A stretch of 64,000 nt of DNA, taken from NCBI GenBank assembly GCA_963796105.1, contig CAWCKJ010000006.1, forward strand, positions 260,109 to 324,108, read 5' to 3'. The position numbers and the translations under genes are program-made. This document shows positions 9,414-21,729 of this stretch, piece by piece. Under the pieces are notes generated by a model that was given only the letters and a program-made list of their open reading frames with translations, was not told where the DNA came from and did not search any database. Source of the stretch: a candidate division FCPU426 bacterium (GTDB taxonomy: Bacteria > Oederibacteriota > Muellerivitia > Muellerivitales > Muellerivitaceae). Position 1 is the stretch's first letter; every line of letters starts with the position of its first letter.

Positions 9414-11015
9414 TTATGCCATATCCACCAGTTTGTGGTTGGGGCATTTGCGCTGGGTATATTCCTTTTCCCATTGGCTCTTGAACAGGATGACAGGCCG
9501 GTCGAGGCGGTCCCTGGTTTTCACTATTTGAACCGGGGGATCGAAGGTTTCAGGGTCCCCAATCAGCCAGGCGCTGGTTTGATAGGGCAGTAATTCCAGC
9601 TGGGTGTCGGCCCCATATTCGTTCTTCAACCGGTACTGCAATACGTCGAATTGCAGGCGGCCCACGGCGGCCACGTAATAATCCATGTCATTCCACCGCC
9701 TCAGCAGTTGGGCCGTGCCCTCCTCGGTCATTTGCTTCAATCCCTTGTCGAAAGTTTTGCGCTTGGTTACGTCCTTGGGCCTCAATTGGGCGAATATCTC
9801 GGGCTGGAACTGGGGAAGGGGCTTGAAGTTGAACCCCCCATCCTGGGAGAGGGTGTCGCCGATGGAAAAGACCCCCGGGTTGATGACTCCCACGATGTCG
9901 CCGGGATAGGCCATCACCAGGCTGTTCCGGTCTGAGGCCAGCATGGAATGGGGCTGGGAAAGCCGCAGTTTCTTGTCCAGCCGGTGGTGCATCACCATCA
10001 TGTCCCGTTCGAACCGCCCCGAGCAGACTCTCATGAATGCCGTGCTGTCCCGGTGCTTGGGGTTCATGTTGGCTTGCAGTTTGAAAATATAGGCGGAGAA
10101 GGGATTCTCCACCGGGTCCACGGAGATTTCATCCCCCGTTGGGAGATCGGCGTGCCTGGCACCTGGCGGGGGGGCTATTTCCACGAAGGCGTCAAAAAAG
10201 GGCTCCACGCCGAAATTGGTCAGGGCTGAGGCGAAAAAGACGGGGGTCACCTCGCCGTTCAGGAATTTTTGGGGGTCAAAGGGATTACCGGCCACATCGA
10301 GGAGTTCCAGCTCATGGCGCAATGTTTCTCGCTGTTCGGGAGTGAGCCGTTCCTGGGCCATCGGGTCCTTCAGGGGGATCCTGTCCACGGAAGCCTTGGA
10401 GGCCCCAGCGACGGACTTCTTGGCGAACAAGAGAAGCTCCCGGGTGCGACGGTCCACCACGCCCGTGAAATCCCGCCCGCTTCCCACAGGCCAGTTGATG
10501 GCCGAGGAATGGATCTTCAAGACCTGTTCCACTTCCTCCATCAGGTCCAGGGGGGCCCTGCCGGGAAGGTCCATCTTGTTGATGAAGGTCATGACGGGAA
10601 TGCCCCTCAGGTGGCAGACGTCGAAAAGCTTGCGGGTCTGGGTCTCCACGCCCTTGGCGGCGTCGATGACCATGATGGCGCAATCGGCGGCGGTCAGAGT
10701 GCGGTAAGTGTCCTCGGAAAAATCCTGGTGGCCCGGGGTGTCCAGGACGTTGATGATGGCATCCTTGTAGGGGAACTGCATGGCCGAGGCGGTGATGGAA
10801 ATGCCCCGCTCCTGCTCCATGCCCATCCAATCCGAAACGGCCGTCTTGCCGCCTTTTCGGCCCCGCACCATGCCGGCGGTCTGGATCATGCCGGAATAGA
10901 GGAGAAGTTTCTCGGTCAGGGTGGTCTTGCCCGCGTCCGGGTGGCTGATGATGGCGAAGGTACGGCGTTTCGCGATCGCGTTCTTGATTTCAACGGCCAA
11001 GGCTGGGTCGGTCAT
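9414..11015 (-). CDS. prfC: Peptide chain release factor 3
   Basis: RRTFAIISHPDAGKTTLTEKLL, DTPGHQDFSEDTYRTL, FINKMD. Confidence 0.97.
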   Translation of the reverse strand: MTDPALAVEIKNAIAKRRTFAIISHPDAGKTTLTEKLLLYSGMIQTAGMVRGRKGGKTAVSDWMGMEQERGISITASAMQFPYKDAIINVLDTPGHQDFSEDTYRTLTAADCAIMVIDAAKGVETQTRKLFDVCHLRGIPVMTFINKMDLPGRAPLDLMEEVEQVLKIHSSAINWPVGSGRDFTGVVDRRTRELLLFAKKSVAGASKASVDRIPLKDPMAQERLTPEQRETLRHELELLDVAGNPFDPQKFLNGEVTPVFFASALTNFGVEPFFDAFVEIAPPPGARHADLPTGDEISVDPVENPFSAYIFKLQANMNPKHRDSTAFMRVCSGRFERDMMVMHHRLDKKLRLSQPHSMLASDRNSLVMAYPGDIVGVINPGVFSIGDTLSQDGGFNFKPLPQFQPEIFAQLRPKDVTKRKTFDKGLKQMTEEGTAQLLRRWNDMDYYVAAVGRLQFDVLQYRLKNEYGADTQLELLPYQTSAWLIGDPETFDPPVQIVKTRDRLDRPVILFKSQWEKEYTQRKCPNHKLVDMA

Positions 11016-14000
11016 AGGCCGGGTATCCTACCATAAATTAATTTCGGCTCAAGACGATTGGATTATGGGGTTGGGAACCCTTGGCGGAAGAGTTGGTAGG
11101 ACAGCCTGGACAAGGATCGGCATCTGGCGAGGTTATTAACAGGACCCTGCCGCTTTAGGGCTTATCTAAGAATCAGGAGCTTTAGGATATACCTTTTCCC
11201 ATTGATGGTGACCAAAACGTGGTAAAGACCGTTCGCCAAGGGAGCGCCTGATTTGCTGATGAGGTAAACAGGCAAGCCGGTATTTGCCCCGGCGGGAATT
11301 TGTGTGAAAAGTTGATTACTGATCAATCGAAAGGCTGTCGAATAAATTTTTATATCAACCGTATTTATCGGATTGGTAAAGAGGAACTGTAGAGTGATGG
11401 GTCCGGAACCTCTTACGAGACTTGGGAAGAGGTTGGGGCGGTTTGTGGGTGGTGGATTCCCGCCAGGAATGGTATTGGTGGGCGTGATAGTCCATGTGGG
11501 AGTCAGGGTCGGTGTCTGAGTCGGCGTGGGAGTGGATTGAACCGGTGTGTAGGTATAGGTGTATGTAGGGGTAAAGGTAACAGTGGGTGATGCCAGTGTG
11601 TTGGTCGGTGTCGGGGTGGAAGTGGGTGTGATCGTGACACAAGGCCGGTTCACGGTCACTGGAAGGTTTGAGGTGACGGCTCCGCCAGGATAACCCACGC
11701 TCGCGGTATTAGTGGTAGTCACACAGGCGTTCCCAGCCCAGTAATAATCCTCCATGCTCGCCATAAGGGTCACGCAGGTATTCCCCGGGAATGTTCCCCA
11801 GGTCGCGGGACTTCCGCCACTGGCTGCTGGTTCCGGCCAATTGGCATTTGCGTTGTAATCGATTAATGTAGTGGAAACTGCTGGAACGACCCAACCAAGA
11901 AAGCTAAAGGGAGTACCGCCGCCTTGGGTGTCAGTCAGTGTCACTCCTCCGGTTGAAACGGGTCCACCTGTATTGCAGATCGCCACCGCGTAAGTCACGA
12001 ACATGTCCCCTCCGCTTATATTTGTCCCCGCGAGGCTCTTGGTGATGGTCATGGTGACCGGTCCAACCGTCGGCTGTGGCGCCGGGATCGTGGCGGCCAA
12101 GGTTTCGAAAAACGCGCCGTTGCAATTGCTGGTGCTGTAATCCCCGTCAGTTGTGGACGCGGTAAATGGAACCTGCTGGCCCGTCACAGGGTTGAAAATG
12201 CTTTGCCCCCAACAGCAATATCCGGTGGCGGTATTGACGACTGCTGGTGTCTGCCAGGTGCCGCCCGTGCCTGTGTAATTGGTCGCGTACCAATTGCTGG
12301 CTGGAGGTGTGGAAGGATTTCCGGAGCTGACATAATCCATTGAAACGCCGTTGCTTGAACTGGTAATTTCTGAATGCTGGCCATTGGAACAGGTGATATC
12401 TAGATCCCAGGAAGTGTACATGGTGTTACAGGCCGTATTTTGGGTATAAACCGCGACATAGACCTGGCTTCCGGTTAATAGGGATGTTGGCACTGTAATG
12501 CAACCAGGGGGGCAGTTACCGGTGCCATTCCAGTTGCAATAAGCGACTTGTCCCAAGTAAACACCACCGACATAAACTTGGGACCAGTCGTCACTGGCCA
12601 CGCAGATCTTGGCGGAGGAGGGAATGCATGGTGACCCTGATATCGGGGTATATGTAAATGTGGGTGTTTGGAGTGAAGTTGTGGGAGTTGAGGATAAAGT
12701 GATGGTCGGAGAAATGGTATTCGTTGGAGTGCTGGTAGGGGAAGGTGTGTTGGTTCGGGTGTAGGTGGCGACTCCTGTCGGCCAGGGGGTTGGTGTGTTT
12801 GTATAAGTATAGGTATAAGTCGGGGTATAAGTATTAGTAGGGCAGTTCATCACATAGGTGATAGCATTCGAAGTGGAAGCAGGGCTGAGAAGAGAAAAAG
12901 TGTTTACCCGACTTAGACAGTCATACATGGCGTTATTCGTATTGTCATCACCGATGATGGTCGTGGACCAACAATAGGGTGTCCAGCCGGTTCCGTTATA
13001 GGTGGCGCCAGGAAAACCTTGGGAAGCAAGCATGGTCACACTTTGGTCCCAATCGTAATAAAAGCCGTTGGAATCTGGATTGCCGGTGAATCCTTTGTTT
13101 GTGACGCCTAATACGGAGCTTCTGAACCCCTCGCTCCAGAAGAAGGTCGTGCCGTTAGTAATCCCAGAATCAACAAAAGTGACTGGGTTCGTGACCCATC
13201 TTCCGGAGTTGCAAACTTGCACCCCGATACTGACGATCCTATCCGCTGGACTTTCGTTTTGCTGGTAGCCCGGAAAAGTCACGGAGTTAGCATTTCCCGT
13301 CCCGTTGCTTGACCAGCCTACGAAACTTTTAGTTAGGGAAATGTTTGTTGCGGGCGGGACAGGAATAGGAGGCGGAATTGTGGATGCTTGGGAGAAGAAT
13401 AGTGCCCCATTGCAATTACTGGTACTGTAAGCGCCGGTGCTATCAGTGGACAAAAATGGCACACGACCGCCGGTTGTGGGGTTGTAGAGGGATTGGCTCA
13501 AACAGCAATCGCCTGAGGCTTCACTGACTACAACAGGACTGATCCAACCGGTTGTGTTGTAATTAGTGGCGTACCAATTACTGGCTGGGGGTGTGGATGG
13601 ATTTCCGTTATTCACATAATCCATATTAATGCCGCCGGTCGCGCTGGAAATGTCAGAATGTTCCCCGTTAGAGCAGGTAATATCCAGATCCCAAGAAGCG
13701 TAGAGGGTGTTACAGGAGGTGTTTTGGGTATAAACGGCGACATATACCTGGTTTCCACTTAAAAGGGAAGTGGGGACCGTGATGCATCCCGGAGGGCATG
13801 ATCCGGTGCCGTTCCAGTTGCAATAATTGATTTGGCCAAGGTAAACACCGCCCACATAAACTTGTGACCAGTCATCGCTGGCCACGCAGATCTGGGCGGA
13901 GGAAGGTGTGCAAGGGGAAATGGAAGTGGATGTTGGCGAAGGGGTTGAAGTGAAAGTGGCGACACTTGTTGGCCATGGGGTGGGGCTGTTCGTGATAGTA

Positions 14001-16108
14001 GGAGTGAAGGTGAGGGGTGGGGTGTATGTGCTGGTAAAGGTGTATGTTGGTGTATAGGTAACTGTGGGTGAGAAACATGGAATTGGAACCGAGACTGAAT
14101 TGGAATTAACGCTTCCAGAATTGCTTCCGCTAATCCAGGTCAAGCTGGCGTTATTGACGAGGGTTTGGCATTGGTTACCAGGCAAGTAGAAGTTTTCAGT
14201 GTCCGCCAGCAGGGTCACGCAATTGCCGCCTCCGCCGAAGGAAGACCAATAGATTGAATTCGCGTTTACATCCGGTTGTCCGCCTCCATAGTAGTAACAA
14301 CTTCCGGTGGCGGTGGTTGGCCCAAAACCCCAGCATGAGAAATTAAACCCGGCGCTGACCGGGAAATTGTCCGTAATCGTCACGCCGCCTGGTTGTGTCA
14401 CGGCTCCGCCATTATTGCAAACTTTGATTCCGAAAGTGGCGAACATATCCATGCCGCTGGTAACAGCCGAGCCTGATACAAGGGAATTGGTAATGGTGAA
14501 AGAAGGAGGCCCTGCTATCGGAGAAAGTGACTGAATAGTAGCTTCCTGTCGGAAGAAAAGAGCCCCGTTGCAGTTGCTGGTGCTATAGGCCCCGTTGCTA
14601 TCCGCTGAAATGAATGGAGCTTGAGAGCCGGTAACAGGATTGAAAATTTGCTGTCCCCAACAACAATAGCCCGATGTCGTGCTGACCGAGACTGGAAGGG
14701 ACGTGAAATCCGTACCGCTATAGTTGGTGGCGTACCAGTTGCTGGCGGGAGGGGTTGTGGGGTTTCCGGAACTGACGTAATCCATACCAATGCCGCCGCT
14801 TCCGCTGGTGATTTCCGAGTGTTGGCCGTTGGAGCAAGTGATATCCAAGTCCCAGGATGTATAAACATTATTACAGGCGGTGTTTTGGGTATAGACCGCG
14901 ACATAAACTTGGCTTCCGGCTAAAAGGGATGTGGGAACGGTGATGCACCCTGGAGGGCAAGATCCGCTTCCATCAAAGTTGCAATAAGCGACTTGGCCTA
15001 AGTAAACGCCTCCAACATAGACTTGGGAAAAGTCGTCGCTAGCCACGCAAATCTGTGCTGAGGTGGGAACGCAGGGAGATCCTGCGGTGCTTGAGGGCGT
15101 GGGTGAGTAGGTTTGAGTCCAAGTTGATGTAAAGGCTGGGCTTGGGGTTGCCGTGGGCGAAGGTGTGTTCGTCGGGGTATTGCACTGTTGAGTGATTGAG
15201 ATGGAATTTGTGGTGATCGGGTTGCTTCCAACGATTTCCCCATAATCAGTGAATACTGAACAAGCCGCAGGCGGGTTCATGAATTGGTAATGCAATTCAA
15301 AGGTGGCGCATTGGCTTGGAGGTAACGCTGAATAAACGATGGTGGAAGGCGCATTGCTCCCATTAAGTCCCATATAGGACAATCCAGCGCTTGTTGTATG
15401 CGGATTGTTATCGAGGATATTGCATCCGCTGGTGTCGCCGCAAAAACCGTTAAATTGGGGATTCCCAGCGGGATAATTAGTAACGTCGGTGACGGTCACC
15501 GATTGGGCTGTGACAGAACCTGTATTGCATACCCCAATCTGCACGGTGACGGCTGTCCCCCCCGCGATATTTGCCGGAATAGTGTTGATTATATTTTTTG
15601 ACAAAGTGAGATTGCTCAATGGGTTTGTGGGCGAGGGCGTAGGGGATAAGGTCATGGTCCAAGTGGGTGTTTGTGAGGGGCTGGGAGTCGGTGAGGGGGT
15701 TGGCGTGTTAGATGGACTTGGATTGGGTGTCGGGGATAGGGTAATGGTTGGAGTGTTCGTGGGGGTTGGTGTGATGGTGGGAGTGTAAGTGGCGACACCT
15801 GTCGGCCAAGGTGTTGGGGTGTAGGTATTCGTAAAGGTGAATGTAAACGTAAAAGTATATGTCGGGGTAAAAGTAAAGGTGTTGGTGGCGCAGTTCATGA
15901 CATAGGTGATGGCATTTGAGGTGTAAGCTGGACTTAAAGATGAAAAAGTGTTTGTCCTTGTAAGACAGTCATATATGGCGTTATTCGTATTGTCCCCGCC
16001 GGTGATGGTGGCTGACCAGCAATAGGGAACCCAGGCGGTTCCGTTATAGGTAGCGCCGGGAAAACCCTGTGAACCGAGCATTGTCACGGCTTGACCCCAA
16101 TCGTAATA

Positions 16109-17752
16109 CCTGAATTTTGCGCCTAATAAAAAAACCATCTAGGAAACCATTATAGGATAAGGGTTGCGAAGCCAACTCATCCTAAAAGAGGGTCCCCCAG
16201 ATGGTGAAACGTCAAGATACGCCTCAGAAATCAAACCCGCAAGTCCAGAAAAAAGCCAATCGAAACGGGAGAATCGCGCCCAAGATTACGGCCAATACTC
16301 CCGTAGGTATTTGCGAAGACCGCCTAACAGCTTTTGGCGGATTGTTGGCATTGGCGAAGATGTTCGACCTTCTTGATTTTGAGCGGGAATTCAAAAAACA
16401 CTATGCCGCACCTAAACGCCTTCCGAATTTGGGCCACTACCGGATGGTAAGCGGCATCCTAATGCTTCTTTTCATCGGGTTCCAAAGACTTGGCCATTTT
16501 GCCTACCTGCGGGGTGAGGTCATGCTGTGCGGTTTACTGCGGGTTCCCTTGTTGCCGGTAGTGACAACTTTTTGGAGATACCTGAGGTCGCTGGGGATCG
16601 GGCAGTCGGCATCGTTGCTGAATCTGAGTGGGGCGTTACGGGCCAAGGTTTGGGGACAGGTGAAATATGCCCCCAAGAAGGTGGAGATCAACATCGATAC
16701 CACCACCGCAACGGTCTACGGAAATATCGAGGGAAGCCGAAAAGGATACAACCCCAAGCACCGGGGCAAGAAGGGACTGAGGCCCATTCTGTGTTTTCTC
16801 CAGGAAACCCGGGAATATTTGTGCGGAACCCAAAGACGCGGAACCACCCTTAGTTCTGAGGAAGTGGCCCGCCAAATTAGACAATTCCGGCGACTCTTGC
16901 CGTCCTGTGTCCGGACGATTCTGGTGCGCGGTGACGGTGAAATGATCGGCTGGGAAAGCGTGAAAGCCTGTGAAAAAGAAGGGTTTTCTTTCATCTTCGG
17001 GAACAAGCGGCATGACCCGCCTTTCACGAAAAAGGGTTGGTACCGCCATGGAGAACACGAATACAACGAATGTGTCCATCAACCCATAGGCTGGCAACAA
17101 CCAGTCCGGTTTGTGGCGATGAGGACGCTGGATGAAAAAGCGCGGGAGAAACAATTGAGCCTTCCTGAAATGGAAGGATATGTCTACCGAATCTTCGCGA
17201 CCAACTGTCTGGGAGCACCCCATCGGGTGGTTGAGGAATACGACCTGCGCGCGGATGTGGAAAACCTGATTGGTGAGGCGCAACGGGAGGGGTTATTAGC
17301 AATTCCCTCTAAGAGTTTCCAAAGCCACCATGCTTTTTTCCAGATCGTGATGCTGGCTTACAACCTCTGGAGGTGGATGAAACTAATGGTGGGCCATTGT
17401 GGAAAAGAAAAGCGACCGGGAAAGAAGCCACAGGAGAAGGAACAGATCACCATGCCGGACCATACCCTTCGGATCGCACGTTTGAAGATGCTCTTTGTAG
17501 CCGCCCGAATCCAGTATCACGGCCATCGGGATGTGGTGAGGTATTCAATCCATGATGATAGGACAGCGGGCCTATTGGGTTTCCTCAAATACCTTGATCG
17601 AAAACGATTGGAAAGACCCAGGGCGGCCTAGAAGTGGCTTGGTGCAAAAAATTCTTTGCACATAAGTTCACTTCTGATGAAAATGGCCACTGTCGGGTCC
17701 CGATTCAGGCCGATCTGGCCACGGAATCGGTAAACTCGGTGCAAAATTCAGG
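16109..17752 (+). mobile_element. IS1380-family insertion sequence, 1644 bp
   Basis: Terminal IRs CCTGAATTTTGCGCC and GGTGCAAAATTCAGG (14/15). Direct repeat TAATA at 16104-16108 and 17753-17757. Confidence 0.93.
16201..17631 (+). CDS. IS1380-family DDE transposase
   Basis: LTAFGGL, IDTT..VYG..EG..GYNPK, VRGDGE, YDLRADVENLIGE. Confidence 0.9.
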   Translation: MVKRQDTPQKSNPQVQKKANRNGRIAPKITANTPVGICEDRLTAFGGLLALAKMFDLLDFEREFKKHYAAPKRLPNLGHYRMVSGILMLLFIGFQRLGHFAYLRGEVMLCGLLRVPLLPVVTTFWRYLRSLGIGQSASLLNLSGALRAKVWGQVKYAPKKVEINIDTTTATVYGNIEGSRKGYNPKHRGKKGLRPILCFLQETREYLCGTQRRGTTLSSEEVARQIRQFRRLLPSCVRTILVRGDGEMIGWESVKACEKEGFSFIFGNKRHDPPFTKKGWYRHGEHEYNECVHQPIGWQQPVRFVAMRTLDEKAREKQLSLPEMEGYVYRIFATNCLGAPHRVVEEYDLRADVENLIGEAQREGLLAIPSKSFQSHHAFFQIVMLAYNLWRWMKLMVGHCGKEKRPGKKPQEKEQITMPDHTLRIARLKMLFVAARIQYHGHRDVVRYSIHDDRTAGLLGFLKYLDRKRLERPRAA

Positions 17753-19029
17753 TAATAAAAACCGTTGGAATCCGGGTAACCTGTGATTCCGTTATTCGTC
17801 GCGCCTAATATTGAACTTCGGAACCCCTCGCTCCAGAAGAATGTCGCTCCATTGGCGATTCCCGTATCGACGAAGGTAACCGCTCCCGGGACGGCTTTTC
17901 CTGAGTTGCAGACTTGCACCGCGATTGTGACATCCCTATCTGGTGGGCTGTCATTTTGCTGGTATCCGGTAAAAGTAACGGCGTTCGCGTTTCCGCTCCC
18001 ATTGCTCGACCAGCCGACGAAACTTTTTGTGAGGGTAAGGTTCGCCGGGGGTGGGGAGTTTACAGGCGCCGGTGGGTTAAAAGCTTGGGTGAAGAATAGG
18101 GCTCCCCCGCAATTGCTGGTGCTGTAAGCCCCATTACTATCCGTTGATAAAAAAGGAATTTTTTGTCCGTAAACAGGATTGTAGAGAACCTGACTCCAAC
18201 AGCATTCAGTTGAGGCAGTACTGACCTGTGTAGGACTAACCCAGCCAGTGGTGTTGTAGTTGGTCGCGTACCAGTTGCTGGCGGGGGGGGTGGAGGGGGT
18301 TCCACTGCTTACGTAATCCATCTTTACGCCAGTGTTTGCGCTGGAGATTGTAGAATGCTGGCCGTTGGAACAGGTGATATCCAGGTCCCAGGAAGCGTAA
18401 AGGTTGTTGCAAGATGTGTTTTGGGTATAAATGGCGATATATGGCGTGCTGCCGGTTAAAAGGGATGTGGGAACTGTAATGCAACCAGGGGGACACATAC
18501 CGGAGCCATCCCAATTGCAATAACCGACTTGCCCCAAGTAAACCCCGCCCACATAGACCTGGGACCAGTCGTCGCTGGCCACGCAAATTTGGGCTGAGGA
18601 AGGTGTGCATTGGGCCCAGGTGTAAACTGGGGAAATAGTAGCGATAAATAAAAACCCCAAAAATCCGAATAGGAATTTGGGGCAGGTGGAGCGTTTGATA
18701 TTTTGAAGGAAATTGATATTCAATTTAATCTCCTTATATAACCGCATAGATTCTTCGAAATAAACATGGGTAAATTATACCTCTTAAAAAAATCTTTTCG
18801 TAACCGCTCTCCCTATATCTAGTGATGGACGAACCGGATTTATTCCATAATTTCCGAAACTATTTGAGGAAGTTTGTTTTATCGTTGCAACTTGGCTTTC
18901 CGGAGTGGTTTTGGCATGGATGGCATGGTCTTGCGATGGTTTGGGAATTGGAAATTGGGTTAAACGCGCATCATTAATGGTTGGTTGAGGACGCGGATTC
19001 GAAAAATTGAAAGTTGGAAAAGTCGGGGG

Positions 19030-19956
19030 TTATTTTCCTTGGCTGGAGAGCCATCTTTCCGTTTCGATCGCCGCCATACAGCCCATGCCCGCGGCGGAAA
19101 TAGCTTGGCGATAGAAATGATCCGCAACATCGCCAGCCGCGAATACGCCCGGGATATTGGTCATGGTCCTGGGGGGGTTCGGCAGTTTCAAATATCCCAC
19201 CTCGTCCATATCCAATTGGCCCTTGAAGAGGGAAGTGTTCGGCGAGTGCCCGATGGCGAAAAAAAGTCCGGTGAAGTTGTGGACTTTTTCCTCGTTGGTT
19301 TTCAAGTTTTTGACCTTCACACCGGTGAGTTCTTTTTCTCCCAACAGCTCTGTGATGACGGAACTAGTCAACCACTTGATCTTGGAGTTCGCCTTGGTCC
19401 GATCCAGCATGATCTTGGAGGAACGGAATTCATCCCGGCGGTGGATAAGGGTCACAGTTTTGGCGAATTTGGTGAGGAAGTTAGCTTCCTCCATGGCTGA
19501 GTCCCCTCCTCCCACGACGGCGATGTCCTGGTTCTTGAAGAAAAACCCGTCGCAGGTCGCGCAGGCCGAGACTCCATGGCCCACCAATTCCATTTCACGG
19601 GGAACACCGCCATACTTGGCGGAGGCGCCTGTGGCGATGATCACGGCTTCCGCCTCGATCTTCTCATTGGTATCCAGCCAGACTTGAAAAGGTTTCTTGG
19701 CAAAATCCACCTTGGTCACCAAGGCTGTCTTGTAGCGGGTCCCGAAAGAAGCCGCCTGTTGTTTCATGTTTTCCATCAGTTGAGGACCCTGGATGCCCTC
19801 GGGAAACCCAGGAAAATTCTCGACAAGGGTGGTCGTGGTCAATTGACCGCCAGGTTGGGGCCCGTCGATCAGGAGGGGATTTAAATTCGCCCGCGAGGCG
19901 TAGAGGGCCGCGGTGTAACCGGCAGGGCCTGATCCGATGATGACTACTTTTTCCAT
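19030..19956 (-). CDS. trxB: Thioredoxin reductase
   Basis: GSGPAGYTAA, CATCDG, GGGDSAMEEA, GVFAAGDV. Confidence 0.97.
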   Translation of the reverse strand: MEKVVIIGSGPAGYTAALYASRANLNPLLIDGPQPGGQLTTTTLVENFPGFPEGIQGPQLMENMKQQAASFGTRYKTALVTKVDFAKKPFQVWLDTNEKIEAEAVIIATGASAKYGGVPREMELVGHGVSACATCDGFFFKNQDIAVVGGGDSAMEEANFLTKFAKTVTLIHRRDEFRSSKIMLDRTKANSKIKWLTSSVITELLGEKELTGVKVKNLKTNEEKVHNFTGLFFAIGHSPNTSLFKGQLDMDEVGYLKLPNPPRTMTNIPGVFAAGDVADHFYRQAISAAGMGCMAAIETERWLSSQGK

Positions 19957-20032
19957 GACATCCCTCCGAATAATTTATGAATGGTCCGTAAAGCTAAGAA
20001 TTAATGCCTGGTTAAGTCAAGATTGGACTGCC

Positions 20033-21610
20033 TTAAGGGGCCGGAAAAAGCTGCTTTCGGTATTCCGATAACTCGGCTTTCCGGACGCGAGGACTCCACC
20101 TCAAAAGGCTTCCCATCAAACGGGCGGCTTTCTGGGAGGCTTCTCCCCAACGCTGGGGTGTGTAGCCTATTTCCAGCCTGCGCAGCATGACATCATCCAG
20201 GTGGATTGCTTTTTCCTTTATCACCGCGAAGGCGACCTGGGCCAATATCTCGGGCCTGTCCGGATGCAGGGACTGGCGCAATCCCGGCTTCTTTTTCGTG
20301 AGCATCAAAACCTCCCCAGCCCTTTGGCCGTAAAGATTGGCCAGGTGATTCGCCTGGGTTTGGCTGATCTTATATTTGGATACCCATTGGGCCGTCTCTT
20401 GCTTTACAAAAATATCCCAGGGCTGGATGGGTGTTCCAGGAAGGTTATAGCTCAGGTTTCCCTTGGATTTTCGCTTCAGGACCTTAAGGGCTTTTCGAAG
20501 GGTTTTTTCAGCCATGGACCTGTAGGTGGTCAGCTTGCCGCCGATGATGGTGAGGATATTGCCATTGGACAATATCTTATCCTCCCGGGATACGGATGAG
20601 GCGGACTCGGCCCCAGACCAAGCCAGGGTTCTAAGGCCGGCGAAAGAGGAAATCACCTTGGACCGGGACCAATGGTAATTGGGGAAGATACGGGAGGCTT
20701 CCTGGATAAGGTATTTGATTTCCTCCTCGGTTGGCTTGACCTTGCCGGGATTTCCGTCATCATCCAAGTCGGTCGTTCCCACCAGGCTGTAGCCCCTCCA
20801 CGGAATGACGAATATGATCCGGTTATCCCTCCGGCTCGTGACCAGGACCGCGTGGGTACCAAGGACCTCAGGTACGACGATGTGGCTTCCCCTGGTGGGC
20901 CGGATTAATTTCAAGGCGTTCTCATCCAGAAGTTTTGAGATTTCATTGGCCCATGGCCCGGAGGCGTTGACCAAACAGGAGGCTTCCATGACGCCCCTGC
21001 TTTTGGTGCGGAAATTCTTGTAAAAAATGCGGACCTTATCCGGGCCCTTGTCCAATTGGGTCACCTCGCAATAGTTCATGCAAAGGGCGCCGTTCTGTTC
21101 GGCGGCGAGGATGTTCTCGAAAACAAGGCGGGCGTCATTGACTTGGGCGTCGTAATAAAGCCCGCAACCCAATAAATCTTCCTGTTTTAAAGTCGGTGCC
21201 TTTTGATGTGCTTCGTCGGCGAAAAGCCATTGGTGGCGGTTGATATTTTTTGACCCGGCCAGAAAGTCGTAAAGCCACAAACCCAGCATGAGCATCCAGG
21301 GCGGGCGGCTGTCGCCCTTATAAAGCGGAAGAAGGAAGGGGATCCGATGGACCAAATGGGGAGCGATTTGGAGAAGGCGGTGGCGCTCATGAAGGGCTTC
21401 GAAGACCAGGGGAAATTGGAATTGCTCCAGGTAACGGATTCCGCCATGGATGAGTTTCGTGGATTTACTCGAGGTGCCGGACCCAAAATCACCTTTGTCG
21501 AAAAGAGTCACGGACAGGCCGGCCTGGGCGGCCTGGAAAGCCAAACCAGCCCCGTTGATCCCGCCTCCGATTATGGCCATGTCCACTTGAGATATTTTGG
21601 GTGTCTTCAT
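20033..21610 (-). CDS. glpD: FAD-dependent glycerol-3-phosphate dehydrogenase
   Basis: GGGINGAG, GTSSKSTKLIHGGIRYLE, GGKLTTYR. Confidence 0.92.
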   Translation of the reverse strand: MKTPKISQVDMAIIGGGINGAGLAFQAAQAGLSVTLFDKGDFGSGTSSKSTKLIHGGIRYLEQFQFPLVFEALHERHRLLQIAPHLVHRIPFLLPLYKGDSRPPWMLMLGLWLYDFLAGSKNINRHQWLFADEAHQKAPTLKQEDLLGCGLYYDAQVNDARLVFENILAAEQNGALCMNYCEVTQLDKGPDKVRIFYKNFRTKSRGVMEASCLVNASGPWANEISKLLDENALKLIRPTRGSHIVVPEVLGTHAVLVTSRRDNRIIFVIPWRGYSLVGTTDLDDDGNPGKVKPTEEEIKYLIQEASRIFPNYHWSRSKVISSFAGLRTLAWSGAESASSVSREDKILSNGNILTIIGGKLTTYRSMAEKTLRKALKVLKRKSKGNLSYNLPGTPIQPWDIFVKQETAQWVSKYKISQTQANHLANLYGQRAGEVLMLTKKKPGLRQSLHPDRPEILAQVAFAVIKEKAIHLDDVMLRRLEIGYTPQRWGEASQKAARLMGSLLRWSPRVRKAELSEYRKQLFPAP

Positions 21611-21700
21611 ATGTTTCCATCCTCAGGGAGAATGGGCCATTTTGGGCAGGTTTTAGCTTTGAATACCAGCTTTTTTTATGAAAATAATGTTCACGCAAAT

Positions 21701-21729
21701 TGACGGGATTTGAAGCCGTCAGTAAGATG
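21701..21729 (+). promoter_or_regulatory. Candidate sigma70 promoter upstream of tRNA-Leu/tig
   Basis: TTGACG-17 bp-TAAGAT. Confidence 0.4.

Larger units (their letters stand above)
11162..18747 (-). pseudogene. Large secreted Cys-rich/DUF11-like/Pro-Thr repeat protein (~1978 aa reconstructed), interrupted by IS1380
   Basis: Segment 18747-17753 (signal peptide) plus segment 16103-11162 rejoin in frame (5937 nt) as [15 protein letters not shown], matching the internal paralogous repeat [15 protein letters not shown]. Confidence 0.9.

Noticed and set aside
16109..16138. ORF-track start of the 1658-aa protein and C-terminus of the 359-aa protein
   Set aside because: Both are read-through into IS ends; they are two halves of one gene
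11162..18747. Diversity-generating retroelement behind the repeated Cys-rich domains
   Set aside because: No reverse transcriptase in the window; all copies are in-frame coding and their differences look mostly synonymous rather than adenine-specific
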